The position numbers and the translations under genes are program-made. A stretch of DNA of 64,000 nt, from IMG/VR virus record IMGVR_UViG_3300029121_000001; one strand, 5' to 3'. The notes beneath the pieces are model-generated. The model did no database searches. It was given only the letters and a program-made list of their open reading frames with translations, and was not told the DNA's origin. This document shows positions 38,950 to 48,133 of the stretch, in pieces. Within the stretch, counting starts at the first letter, position 1. Each line of letters begins with the position of its first letter. The stretch is from a virus.

Positions 38950-39612
38950 TTAAATTGCTTCGATAAAAATTTCGATTACATTTTTATCACTTTTATTGAG
39001 GGTTCGAACTTTTCTTTCTGCCCTGATAACAATATTGCTCGGACTATTTGGATCATTCATGAAGATGCATTCAAGTGTTTTATATCTCATAAACATATTC
39101 CGAATCTCAGAAATAATCGAATAAATCATGTACCGAGCAACTTCATAATGCGGATCAATAGGATTAAAGATATCCCAGGAGCATGCTTTGGTGCCAAAGT
39201 ACCTTCTGTAAATATCACATTTATCTTTACTCTTAGAAAAGACAAATGCATTCTTCCATTCATCCGGAGTCATATCAACACCGAATTTAAGAAGATCATT
39301 AATCTTATTGATATCTTCGGTATTATCAATATTAACCCAATAGAACATAACCGAATAACCATTCATATTGCCACGGAAACCTTGGTAATTGCTAGTAAAT
39401 GGATTATCGCTTTCAACTTCAGAAGGCGAATGATCGGTGTTATTGGTAACTGCCAGACTCAACAAAGCTGATACAATTGCAGGCATAGTAGGATCATCGT
39501 TACCGAAATTGAGAGTCTGACCGATCTCATTAGTATTGATAAATCCATTAACAATAGAAGTGCTATTGTAAGAGATGGACTTAATGTCGGAATTATTAAA
39601 AACATACTTCAT
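38950..39612 (-). CDS. hypothetical protein, probable paralog family member D
   Basis: Start trimmed to ATG 39612 (SD GAGGAG). LNFGNDDPTMPAIVSALLSLAVTN resembles VNYRIGNVPSFSGLTFSLINMAAIGN of member B. Confidence 0.45.
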   Translation of the reverse strand: MKYVFNNSDIKSISYNSTSIVNGFINTNEIGQTLNFGNDDPTMPAIVSALLSLAVTNNTDHSPSEVESDNPFTSNYQGFRGNMNGYSVMFYWVNIDNTEDINKINDLLKFGVDMTPDEWKNAFVFSKSKDKCDIYRRYFGTKACSWDIFNPIDPHYEVARYMIYSIISEIRNMFMRYKTLECIFMNDPNSPSNIVIRAERKVRTLNKSDKNVIEIFIEAI

Positions 39613-39616
39613 AATT

Positions 39617-39976
39617 TTATTTCTCCTCTTCCATTTCATCTAACAGCAGAATGTTATCATTCCACAACTTGTCATAGTCGATTTTAATGTCTGGATAAAA
39701 ATCTTCCATAAACTCTGCCAGGATTTTAGCATTTTTCCGAAGATCTCTATGCTTCACTACAAGTTTGTTCAAATTCTCATAGATCTGCCTCTTGCAACAT
39801 CCCAAGAAACAAGTGCCATTTTCATGAAACTTGTTTTTGCACATGAAGAAGATAATCCCAGTCTTTACCTCACTAAATTTGAAATAATCTTCATCATTAA
39901 CACCTGCAACATCATCGAAGAAGTAATCGAGTGCTCGCTGAAATTCAATATACCGTTGCTTTTCTGTCTTTACCAT
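39617..39976 (-). CDS. hypothetical protein
   Basis: Start trimmed to MVKTEKQ (ATG 39976, SD AAAGGAA). Confidence 0.45.
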   Translation of the reverse strand: MVKTEKQRYIEFQRALDYFFDDVAGVNDEDYFKFSEVKTGIIFFMCKNKFHENGTCFLGCCKRQIYENLNKLVVKHRDLRKNAKILAEFMEDFYPDIKIDYDKLWNDNILLLDEMEEEK

Positions 39977-40031
39977 TTTTATTTTCCTTTCTTTTTTTTT
40001 TGTTATTGAGAGCAATACATTCATACTCTCA

Positions 40032-40045
40032 ATTATATAATATCT
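40032..40045 (-). promoter_or_regulatory. promoter-like motif AGATATTATATAAT
   Basis: Minus strand reads GAATAGATATTATATAATTGAG, upstream of 39617..39976. Confidence 0.35.
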
Positions 40046-40085
40046 ATTCAAAAGAATAAACATTATTAAAATATTAGATTTATAA

Positions 40086-40124
40086 TAAAAAATAAATCCC
40101 GTAGAGAGTTAATCTCTACAGGAT
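40086..40124 (-). terminator. intrinsic terminator
   Basis: Hairpin ATCCCGTAGAGA/TCTCTACAGGAT (one mismatch), then TTTATTTTTT on the minus strand. Confidence 0.6.
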
Positions 40125-40164
40125 TTTTAACTATGCTTGATATACTTTGCTGATAATATTGATA

Positions 40165-40947
40165 TTAGCTATTTTTCTCATTCTCCTTATGGATAAAGTA
40201 TTTGGTAAAGACACTAAGTGCCTTACCATGAATAAACAGGAATACATTATCGGTAGGAATACCATGTTCATTCATAAAATCAAGAGTATTGTCGTTATCC
40301 ATATCAGGATATTCTCCAATATAAATAGATTTATCAGCTCCAACAGAGCAGCCGCATTCTTCATCATATCCAATATAGAATTTACCAATACCAGTAATAT
40401 GCTTACTGCCATCATTACCATCGACGATATTAGAGGTAATGTTACCAGACAATTTATCAATATCGGCATTGATATAAACGCATGCAGTATATTTATGCCC
40501 ACAGATATAGAAATCGAATTCTACATATGCAGGCATATCACTGGTAGGCTCATTGAATTTGATATTATCGCTATTTACTTCAATTACTTCTTTCGCAATA
40601 TCATAGAAGTAAGTCTTAGATACATCAGTACCAAAATCAGCTTTAGACCTGATACTTGTAGTACTATCAGGAGTATTTCGATACATATCACAGAAAGCCT
40701 GAAATTCATGAAAGCAATCATTATACTCATCCTCATTATAAGCACGAGAATTATAAATAGGCATATACTCAGGATAGTATTTCAAAGTATTGCTATTAGG
40801 CTCAAGAACTGCGCTATGGGTATATACCGCATCCTGGAAAATATATCTACGATGATTGGTAATAGTGCAGTAGTTCAGCTCAAAAATGGTCAAATAGTGA
40901 CCATTGATAAAGGTGCTGTTAACGATATCAGTACGAGTGAAGTTCAT
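40165..40947 (-). CDS. hypothetical protein
   Basis: Start trimmed to ATG 40947 (SD AAGGAG). Confidence 0.5.
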   Translation of the reverse strand: MNFTRTDIVNSTFINGHYLTIFELNYCTITNHRRYIFQDAVYTHSAVLEPNSNTLKYYPEYMPIYNSRAYNEDEYNDCFHEFQAFCDMYRNTPDSTTSIRSKADFGTDVSKTYFYDIAKEVIEVNSDNIKFNEPTSDMPAYVEFDFYICGHKYTACVYINADIDKLSGNITSNIVDGNDGSKHITGIGKFYIGYDEECGCSVGADKSIYIGEYPDMDNDNTLDFMNEHGIPTDNVFLFIHGKALSVFTKYFIHKENEKNS

Positions 40948-40951
40948 AATA

Positions 40952-41746
40952 TTATTCTCCTTTTTTATAGATAGCCTTATTGTATTCATTAATAATCGTG
41001 GGAGTAGCTTGCGTAATTATATGCTGACAAAGATACCCCGGATCAATACGATATTTACCAATGAAGTCATTAGATGTTTCACATTTCTGATTATAAGGTG
41101 AATGGTAGTACTTTACTAAGATTGCATTAATGAAATATTTTCCCTTTGCTTCCTTAGGCTTAGCTTTAATGCGATCAACATCACATTCTGCAGAATTCTT
41201 TACAACAAGATTTCCATCCGCATCTGTGATATCAATGATGATATAATCATTAGCCACACATACATCATTTGATTTTGCAAAATTAAAGTAGATATTTACA
41301 TCATATTCTGTATTATCAAATGCTGTAATATTGCCACTGAGTAGCATCATAGCAGTAGGCTCAATCATAAAGAAGTCTACTTTAAATTCGCTACAGGTAA
41401 ACATTTCCTTTGCGGAAATCAAATCAAAGTCACTAGTTTCACCAAAGTATCTCTGAAAAGCATCCCTGAAAGTAATGAGGCTGATATTTGCATACTGAGA
41501 AATAGCCTCTTCATATTTCTTTTCTGCATCTTCGATCTTATCGAAGAACCCATATTTATTGCAGTTGAAAATTTCATACCTTTCATATTTAGGATTAGAA
41601 GTAATCTGTTTGTAATACACGATATCATCCAAGACAAGATATTTGCAAATATCCTTGTCAGTATTACTTACCCATTCCTGAAGGGTAATTCTGTGGCCTT
41701 TGACAAGTTTGCGCTTTAGATCTCGAGTTCTAACATCAGAAACCAT
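40952..41746 (-). CDS. hypothetical protein
   Basis: Start trimmed to ATG 41746 (SD GAAAGGA). Confidence 0.5.
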   Translation of the reverse strand: MVSDVRTRDLKRKLVKGHRITLQEWVSNTDKDICKYLVLDDIVYYKQITSNPKYERYEIFNCNKYGFFDKIEDAEKKYEEAISQYANISLITFRDAFQRYFGETSDFDLISAKEMFTCSEFKVDFFMIEPTAMMLLSGNITAFDNTEYDVNIYFNFAKSNDVCVANDYIIIDITDADGNLVVKNSAECDVDRIKAKPKEAKGKYFINAILVKYYHSPYNQKCETSNDFIGKYRIDPGYLCQHIITQATPTIINEYNKAIYKKGE

Positions 41747-41803
41747 AGTGTACATCCTTTCTGTTTATAAAATATATATGGTAAAGATATCTTCCTTACC
41801 ATT

Positions 41804-41815
41804 ATTATAATATCT
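41804..41815 (-). promoter_or_regulatory. promoter-like motif AGATATTATAATAATG
   Basis: Minus strand reads AAGCAGATATTATAATAATGG. Confidence 0.45.
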
Positions 41816-41825
41816 GCTTAAGTTT

Positions 41826-41874
41826 AAAAATAAAAAATAAATCCCAGTGGGTTTGGGTTTTAACCCACTGGGAT
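41826..41874 (-). terminator. intrinsic terminator
   Basis: Hairpin ATCCCAGTGGGT/ACCCACTGGGAT, then a T-rich tail on the minus strand. Confidence 0.7.
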
Positions 41875-41908
41875 TATACTATTTATTCAGCTTATTTCTA
41901 TATTCCTT

Positions 41909-42745
41909 TTAGCTCAAAATAGCAATAACGATGCTTGCAATGAAATAATCGATCATGCCTCCATTGAACATCTTGCTGATATGATCTTTTGCCTTATCAA
42001 AAGGCATATCTCCAACAATATCCATGGCCAAACGAACGCTAGTATTATTGTTCTGCATATGGTCATAGATATAATTTGATATCACTGCATAGATAGCATT
42101 GATAATGCTATCGTTAGCGACACCAAACGTATCTCTCAGGATATGATTGATTTCAGGGTCGGAGAGATATGCATTGTATGGGCCCTTCAGTTCAATGCTA
42201 TATCCGTTAACGGAAGGAATAGCACTGAACGTTAAGATCGTGTCATTCCTGTGATTGCTGTTGATGCAGATATCTCCAATGAATTCATATTTGCCATTGT
42301 GGGTATATTCGTTGAAGCGTGCCACATGGATGATATTTGCAACAAAGTTGCAAATATTCACGGATACAAATGTTTCTGCATAGTTCATGGACTTCCACCC
42401 ATAAAATCTGGGTAAGTTGTAATTGAACTCACGGATATAGGAAACATCCTTTTCCGTGTGCTTGTAGTCTGCAACATTCCAATTGAAAATTGCATTCTTG
42501 ATAGCTTCTTCTTCATTGCTAAAACTGAAGAAATAGTTATCGATATTGTTTGCATTTGTATCAGTGCTATTGAGAGATACATAGCAATGCTCCTGATCAA
42601 ATTCAGACTTGAAATTGATCAATTCACCAACGAAAACGGTCTTGAGATGATAATCATCAAAGATGAATTCTTTGAACATCCTAACCTTAATAGTCGGTGC
42701 TGCCATGGTCGCAGCTTTCACCATTTCCATTTTTTCATTACCCAT
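41909..42745 (-). CDS. hypothetical protein
   Basis: ORF track. SD AAGGAGG. Confidence 0.5.
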   Translation of the reverse strand: MGNEKMEMVKAATMAAPTIKVRMFKEFIFDDYHLKTVFVGELINFKSEFDQEHCYVSLNSTDTNANNIDNYFFSFSNEEEAIKNAIFNWNVADYKHTEKDVSYIREFNYNLPRFYGWKSMNYAETFVSVNICNFVANIIHVARFNEYTHNGKYEFIGDICINSNHRNDTILTFSAIPSVNGYSIELKGPYNAYLSDPEINHILRDTFGVANDSIINAIYAVISNYIYDHMQNNNTSVRLAMDIVGDMPFDKAKDHISKMFNGGMIDYFIASIVIAILS

Positions 42746-42822
42746 AATTTTAACCTCCTTTATTATGGATCTTAGAAATAATATATTGAAGACAAAGATA
42801 CATTTTCCTTCATCTTCTCATT

Positions 42823-42834
42823 ATTATAATATCC
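42823..42834 (-). promoter_or_regulatory. promoter-like motif GGATATTATAATAATG
   Basis: Minus strand reads AATTGGATATTATAATAATGAG. Confidence 0.4.
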
Positions 42835-42854
42835 AATTGATAATATAAATTTAT

Positions 42855-42892
42855 AAAAAAATAAAAGGAGTGGGTTTCATTCACCCACTCCT
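42855..42892 (-). terminator. intrinsic terminator
   Basis: Hairpin GGAGTGGGT/ACCCACTCC, then TTTTATTTTTTT on the minus strand. Confidence 0.7.
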
Positions 42893-42898
42893 TTTTTA

Positions 42899-44200
42899 TC
42901 ATCCTTCTTTCTTTTTATCAACGTAATCTTTAGGTTTAAACTCTTTATCTTTATTGCGAATATAGTGCTCAACCCAGATTACTTTACCAGATTTGTAGTG
43001 ACGAAAATGTCCCTTGACAGTAACAGCATACTGACAAGGAGTATATTTCCGTTTCTCTTTAGCTTCTGCTTCAGTAACAGGAGTTACTTTCTTAGTAATT
43101 CCATATACTTTATGAGAGCAGATACTAGTTTCAAAGCGAGGTTTATTATTTTCTTTGGGAGTATAGTTACTAGAAGTTTCTATAGATCCAATAACTACAT
43201 CCTTTTTGGAAACGAGTTCTATATGATAAGCCATATATTTCAACACATCAAGCGTGAACATTAGATTTGCATCTTTAAAATTATCTCTTGCATGATCTGT
43301 ATTTATACGTGGATCTATTGGATAGTATTCATAATGACCATATATGCCTTTCTCGTTTTGATATTCATAATCAAGAGTATAATTTGTAACTTTACATATA
43401 CTACCATCTGTATACAGCATATATGCATCAAGATGAATAGTAGATTTTCTTATCATGTTAAATACAATGGCTAATTTTGAATGATAGCAATCATCATTTA
43501 ATTTATCTATATTTTCCTTTCGCATAATATTTATTGTATCTGAAATAATAATACCAGATTTTAAAGGAAATATAGGATTAAGAAGATGCTTTGGATCATA
43601 TCTAATATATTCTCCTGATATTTTGATACGATCAAGTGACATATATTTTTCACCAATATAATCAGTGATAAAATATTGTTTATTAAATCTGTATTCAAGT
43701 ATTCTATGAGGAGTTTTATTTCCTTTTTTACTTGTATTTTTAATATATACAACTTTTTGATTAAAATATTCTGAATGTATAGCAAGAATTTTAAGTTGAA
43801 TAATTATATTTGATACCATGTATTTAATATAATTATTTATTTCTTTTTTACCAGCAATTAAAACTTTTGCATTAGTTATGCGATCAATATTTGTATCAAA
43901 TATATCAGATAGATAATATGTATTTTTATCAATAGATGATTCAATTTTATAATCGCTGCCAATATTAGAACCAACCATAATTGATACTTTTTCATCATCT
44001 AAATATGTAATGATGATAAATGATCTATTCTCAGTAATCGCAACGGTATTTCCAATAAATTGTTGTATACTAGATGAATTAAACAAATATGCAAGTCTAA
44101 CATTATCATCATTAGAATCAATTATTCTATGAAGTAATAATTCTCTATCATTATTTAATCCACCTGAAATAAAAAGTTTATTCATTTTACTGATGTCCAT
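42899..44200 (-). CDS. hypothetical protein (433 aa)
   Basis: ORF track. SD AAGGAGG. Confidence 0.5.
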   Translation of the reverse strand: MDISKMNKLFISGGLNNDRELLLHRIIDSNDDNVRLAYLFNSSSIQQFIGNTVAITENRSFIIITYLDDEKVSIMVGSNIGSDYKIESSIDKNTYYLSDIFDTNIDRITNAKVLIAGKKEINNYIKYMVSNIIIQLKILAIHSEYFNQKVVYIKNTSKKGNKTPHRILEYRFNKQYFITDYIGEKYMSLDRIKISGEYIRYDPKHLLNPIFPLKSGIIISDTINIMRKENIDKLNDDCYHSKLAIVFNMIRKSTIHLDAYMLYTDGSICKVTNYTLDYEYQNEKGIYGHYEYYPIDPRINTDHARDNFKDANLMFTLDVLKYMAYHIELVSKKDVVIGSIETSSNYTPKENNKPRFETSICSHKVYGITKKVTPVTEAEAKEKRKYTPCQYAVTVKGHFRHYKSGKVIWVEHYIRNKDKEFKPKDYVDKKKEG

Positions 44201-44265
44201 AATCTTTGGACCTCCTTATAAAAGATTTTTATACTTTGATAAAGAAACTATTTGCCTTTATCAAT

Positions 44266-44277
44266 TTTATAATATCT
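44266..44277 (-). promoter_or_regulatory. promoter-like motif AGATATTATAAA
   Basis: Minus strand reads AATTAGATATTATAAAATTG. Confidence 0.35.
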
Positions 44278-44283
44278 AATTAA

Positions 44284-44320
44284 AATAAATAAAATCCGGA
44301 AGAGATTATACTCTTCCGGA
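44284..44320 (-). terminator. intrinsic terminator
   Basis: Hairpin TCCGGAAGAG/CTCTTCCGGA, then TTTTATTTATTTT on the minus strand. Confidence 0.65.
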
Positions 44321-44365
44321 ATATTTTATCATTAAAATTGTCTATAGATATATCTTGGTTCTAAT

Positions 44366-44728
44366 TTAATTTTCATTGTTAATTTCCATAAATCCTTTCC
44401 ATGCAGGATTATAATAAATATACATTAATAGAAATGCCATAAAATCTAGTTGACCAATATATTCATAAGGTAATTCTTTTATAATCTCATAAGATTTTTT
44501 ATTATAGCATATTTCATATTTAATCTCTCCAATGATATTATCATCGGCATCTCTAAATACAAAATTATCTAATGTATTTTTATATGTAGTATATTTGCTG
44601 GTATGTCTTTCAATGATACATTTTCTAGTATGCTCATCTTTAATAATACATTCGGCAAATTCTTCTACATAATCTACAGTAGAACATTTATGAAGTTCAT
44701 GTTTAATAGATTTAAGTTGTACTTCCAT
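44366..44728 (-). CDS. hypothetical protein
   Basis: Start trimmed to ATG 44728 (SD AAGGAG). Confidence 0.45.
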   Translation of the reverse strand: MEVQLKSIKHELHKCSTVDYVEEFAECIIKDEHTRKCIIERHTSKYTTYKNTLDNFVFRDADDNIIGEIKYEICYNKKSYEIIKELPYEYIGQLDFMAFLLMYIYYNPAWKGFMEINNEN

Positions 44729-45395
44729 TTTTATTCTCCTTACTCTTTTCACGAAAAGCATCTACTTTTTCATTTAGAATATTTTCAATAATGTTACCAA
44801 ATGTATCAGTATCATATCCATGCTTTTTAAATACATCATAATTATGAATATAGTTTCCATTTAGATCATAGCATTCAAGTATAAAATTATTAAGTAAATC
44901 TTTTAAATCATCAGCACTTGCTGTATCATAATCATATACAAAAATATACGTATCGCCATCGGCAAATTTCAGAGTTCCGGAATATACGTATTCATTACTA
45001 TCAGCACATTCATTTATAGAAACTTCAATATCATGCTCAATAGTTCCTCTTAACAGATAATATCCATTTGGAATATGAACTTTATCTTTATCTGAATCTA
45101 CATATTTAGGATATTCAAGAAATGCAATGGTATCGGAATCAATATCAATATTATTGATTTCTGTTACCCAATCTGCATAAGTATCAAGAATTTGTTTATA
45201 GTCTTCATTGAAGTTAGAATATCTATCAGCTGCAGAAATTGCAGTAGACGGATAATCTTTAAAGATTTGCTTAATTCCAGGTATGTGAAGATGAACTCTA
45301 TAAGTAGTATATTTTTCAGGTAAACTATACTCCTCTAGGACAACAATATATCCACGAATACTAGAAACCTTAAGTGCTTTAATTTTATATTCCAT
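44712..45395 (-). CDS. hypothetical protein
   Basis: ORF track. SD AAGGAG. Confidence 0.5.
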   Translation of the reverse strand: MEYKIKALKVSSIRGYIVVLEEYSLPEKYTTYRVHLHIPGIKQIFKDYPSTAISAADRYSNFNEDYKQILDTYADWVTEINNIDIDSDTIAFLEYPKYVDSDKDKVHIPNGYYLLRGTIEHDIEVSINECADSNEYVYSGTLKFADGDTYIFVYDYDTASADDLKDLLNNFILECYDLNGNYIHNYDVFKKHGYDTDTFGNIIENILNEKVDAFREKSKENKNGSTT

Positions 45396-45807
45396 TTTTT
45401 ATACTCCTTTTAAATTCTTCACAGTTATCAAATAGATCTATACCTCCATATGGATCTTTATAAAATTCTTTTCCTGCATTAAAAATATTATATTCTCTAT
45501 AATCATTTTTAATATCTTTATATTCTGTAATATCATCAATATCTGGAAGATTTTTTAATGCTAAGATTTGATCATTATAATTATTTTCTGCAGCATCTTT
45601 TAATGAAAACTCAGACCTTGTATATATTTTTAGCCAAGGCATATTATGTTCGATTCCCCAATTTGAATTTAAAAAATTTACATGCCCGATACAATATAAT
45701 TCTTTTCCATTTAATGACCATCTTTCTAAGAATATAGCATATCTCTTAATATTTATATGATATGCAAATGCCTTAATAATAGAAATTCTAAGAATATTAT
45801 CTTTCAT
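45385..45807 (-). CDS. hypothetical protein
   Basis: ORF track. SD AGGAGG. Confidence 0.5.
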   Translation of the reverse strand: MKDNILRISIIKAFAYHINIKRYAIFLERWSLNGKELYCIGHVNFLNSNWGIEHNMPWLKIYTRSEFSLKDAAENNYNDQILALKNLPDIDDITEYKDIKNDYREYNIFNAGKEFYKDPYGGIDLFDNCEEFKRSIKNGI

Positions 45808-45858
45808 ATTATAAACCTCCTAATTATTATAATGCTAAGTCAAAAATCAAAAATTAAT

Positions 45859-45886
45859 AGAGGATAGAGAGTGATCTCTATCCTCT
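45859..45886 (-). terminator. intrinsic terminator (hairpin) closing the fibre/rSAM operon
   Basis: AGAGGATAGAGA/TCTCTATCCTCT hairpin after the stop at 45925. Confidence 0.55.
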
Positions 45887-45924
45887 ATATTATATTTCAG
45901 TATTTATAAAATGGATATTATTCG

Positions 45925-47286
45925 TTACTTATTAAATGCTTCTTTTTCTAGATTAAATAGATAATCTGCTTCTTCTTTACCAAGAATATCTACTACCTCA
46001 TTATATGGAAGATTGATCTTCTTAGGTTCAACATCATTTAATTCCATATGCCGTTTATTATAATAATAACAAGATGACAATACTCTACCTTTATGTGCAT
46101 AGCAGATTCCAGTATATCTTTTATTTGCTGTCCCATAAAGTTCGTAATTATATCCAGAACACCAGCCACATCCCTGAGATACTGGGCAAATCATGCATTT
46201 TTCAGGAGATTGAGATTCTCTAGTGATAGAATCTAATTCTTCTTTTATTTTCTTTTCACTATCTCGTTGATAAATGCCATTAAAGCAATCTCCAATACAA
46301 ATTTTAGATGCTTTTTCATCACCAATGGATATAGGCGCATATCTAATACAAGGATATACTTTTCCATCAGGAGCAAATGCAAGCATTGCTCCAGTGCCTC
46401 CACAATAATTTCTTACAGAGATATCAATATCTCCTATATTGTCATTAATCATTGTGATATATCCATTATATTTAGATTTTATCAAATAATTAGATAATTT
46501 CTTTAATTCTGCATATATTTCATTTGCTGTTTTTATTGTATATTCTGGCTCATATGCAAAATTACAATGAATATTCATGCAGCCATTATTTATCATCATC
46601 TTAATAGAATCAGAAATATATTTAATAGACCCAGGAGTAAATGTCATTTTACTATCTATCCAGCCATATTTCTTTTTTCCATCAAGAAAAGCAGCATATG
46701 CTTTTTCAAATGATCCATTTCCGAATTGATCTATTCTATATTTATCATGTAATTCCTGTACCCCATCAATCGATACTGTACATCTTAAAAAATTATGATA
46801 TTTTTTAAATAGGTGTTGAGCATTTGGAGTAAACCATAAAAGTCCATTGGTTGCAAATGAAAATCTTGTAAATGGTGCTAGTGGTATATTTCTTTCTTCA
46901 CATTGGTAAAAATAATAATCGATAATCGATTCAATTAACTTTGCTTCTATCAAAGGCTCGCCACCAATAAAATCGATTATCAATCCTTTAGAAAAATCAC
47001 CAATAAAATCACCATTATTATACATATCTAAAAGTGTATCGACACACTTTCTAGCCGTATAAATGTTCATTGATCCACATTTCTTATTATGCTCATAACA
47101 ATATGAACATCTCAAATTGCATTGATTGGTGACTTGAAATGTTACTGTTCTACATTTAAAATAATTTTCATTGTTATTATTATCATTTCTAAAAATTCTT
47201 TCGATAAATTTAGAATAATCTTCAGATCGTTTAATCACTATATCGTACCTCACGATTTTCAAAATCAAAAATATATTCAATCTCAT
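45925..47286 (-). CDS. radical SAM enzyme with C-terminal SPASM domain (peptide/protein maturase, anSME-like)
   Basis: CNLRCSYCYE (CxxxCxxC). SPASM-type Cys clusters YCGGTGAMLAFAPDGKVYPC and CMICPVSQGCGWCSGYNY..GICYAH. An alternative coupled start is GTG 47238 (GAGG 9 nt upstream, overlapping the upstream stop). Confidence 0.8.
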   Translation of the reverse strand: MRLNIFLILKIVRYDIVIKRSEDYSKFIERIFRNDNNNNENYFKCRTVTFQVTNQCNLRCSYCYEHNKKCGSMNIYTARKCVDTLLDMYNNGDFIGDFSKGLIIDFIGGEPLIEAKLIESIIDYYFYQCEERNIPLAPFTRFSFATNGLLWFTPNAQHLFKKYHNFLRCTVSIDGVQELHDKYRIDQFGNGSFEKAYAAFLDGKKKYGWIDSKMTFTPGSIKYISDSIKMMINNGCMNIHCNFAYEPEYTIKTANEIYAELKKLSNYLIKSKYNGYITMINDNIGDIDISVRNYCGGTGAMLAFAPDGKVYPCIRYAPISIGDEKASKICIGDCFNGIYQRDSEKKIKEELDSITRESQSPEKCMICPVSQGCGWCSGYNYELYGTANKRYTGICYAHKGRVLSSCYYYNKRHMELNDVEPKKINLPYNEVVDILGKEEADYLFNLEKEAFNK

Positions 47287-47527
47287 GATCTAATTTTGGT
47301 AAGTGATTAGAAATAATTTTTCTACGGGCATAATCTAATTCAATAAAAGACAGTCTTAATTTATCTGAATATTTCTTTAGCACTTCTTCTTTTTTACTAT
47401 TAGATTCATTCTCTTGTAGTGAATCGAAAATAATTTTAACCATTATTTCATAGCTTTTATATATATAAAATAATCGTTCAATATATTCCAATTCTGCTTC
47501 TTGAATATCTTCAATTTTATGTTCCAT
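47231..47527 (-). CDS. small helical protein of the rSAM operon
   Basis: Start trimmed to ATG 47527 (SD GGAG, 1 nt after the upstream stop). 98 aa, charged and helical. Confidence 0.5.
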   Translation of the reverse strand: MEHKIEDIQEAELEYIERLFYIYKSYEIMVKIIFDSLQENESNSKKEEVLKKYSDKLRLSFIELDYARRKIISNHLPKLDHEIEYIFDFENREVRYSD

Positions 47528-47528
47528 A

Positions 47529-48122
47529 TTAGTTTTCTCCATGGATTATATTATATTGAGTATTACTGATCTTTTCAAAAGATTCTTGAATATCCATTCT
47601 CATTTTTATTAATTTAATCATGGTTGAAAAATTATCATCAGTAGAATTTCTAAAAAATAAAATCATACTTGAAATTATATAATATAAAGAAAATATAATT
47701 TCATCAGATAATTCACTAAGATTAAGATTAATAATTGAATCTGTAAAATCTTTTGTAAAAACATTTTGAAAATATTTTTTATTATTATCTAAGATTTTGA
47801 AATAAAAAGTTCTTATTGCAAGTCCTAAAGAGATAATATATTTTTCATAATCATTATTAAATTTATAATTGCATCCATTTGCAATAATATCTATTTTCGA
47901 CTTTACATAATTTAGCCAAGAATTAAAAACATAATTACTATCTATTTTATTGAATTGACCCATATAATATAAAATATAAACTATATTATTTTTATTGATA
48001 TTTCCATTTATATGATTATAAATATCATTAACAGAGAAATCTTCTCTATTCAAAAAATGAAAAAGAGCTAGATCTTGATCAACAATTTTATCTGGATCTA
48101 TTGATTTTATATAATATTCCAT
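47529..48122 (-). CDS. hypothetical protein of the rSAM operon (197 aa)
   Basis: ORF track. SD AAGGAG. 11 nt after the stop of the CXXX-repeat gene. Confidence 0.5.
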   Translation of the reverse strand: MEYYIKSIDPDKIVDQDLALFHFLNREDFSVNDIYNHINGNINKNNIVYILYYMGQFNKIDSNYVFNSWLNYVKSKIDIIANGCNYKFNNDYEKYIISLGLAIRTFYFKILDNNKKYFQNVFTKDFTDSIINLNLSELSDEIIFSLYYIISSMILFFRNSTDDNFSTMIKLIKMRMDIQESFEKISNTQYNIIHGEN

Positions 48123-48133
48123 ATTTTATCTCC

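Noticed and set aside
40147-40974. 275-aa plus-strand ORF mirroring 40165..40947
   Set aside because: It covers almost the same span on the opposite strand. The minus-strand gene has an SD plus ATG and follows the local strand, promoter and terminator pattern, and the plus ORF has none of these. The same reasoning rejects 9885..10739, 24381..25136, 26628..27389, 29362..29934, 33535..34080, 51719..52216 and 53395..53967.
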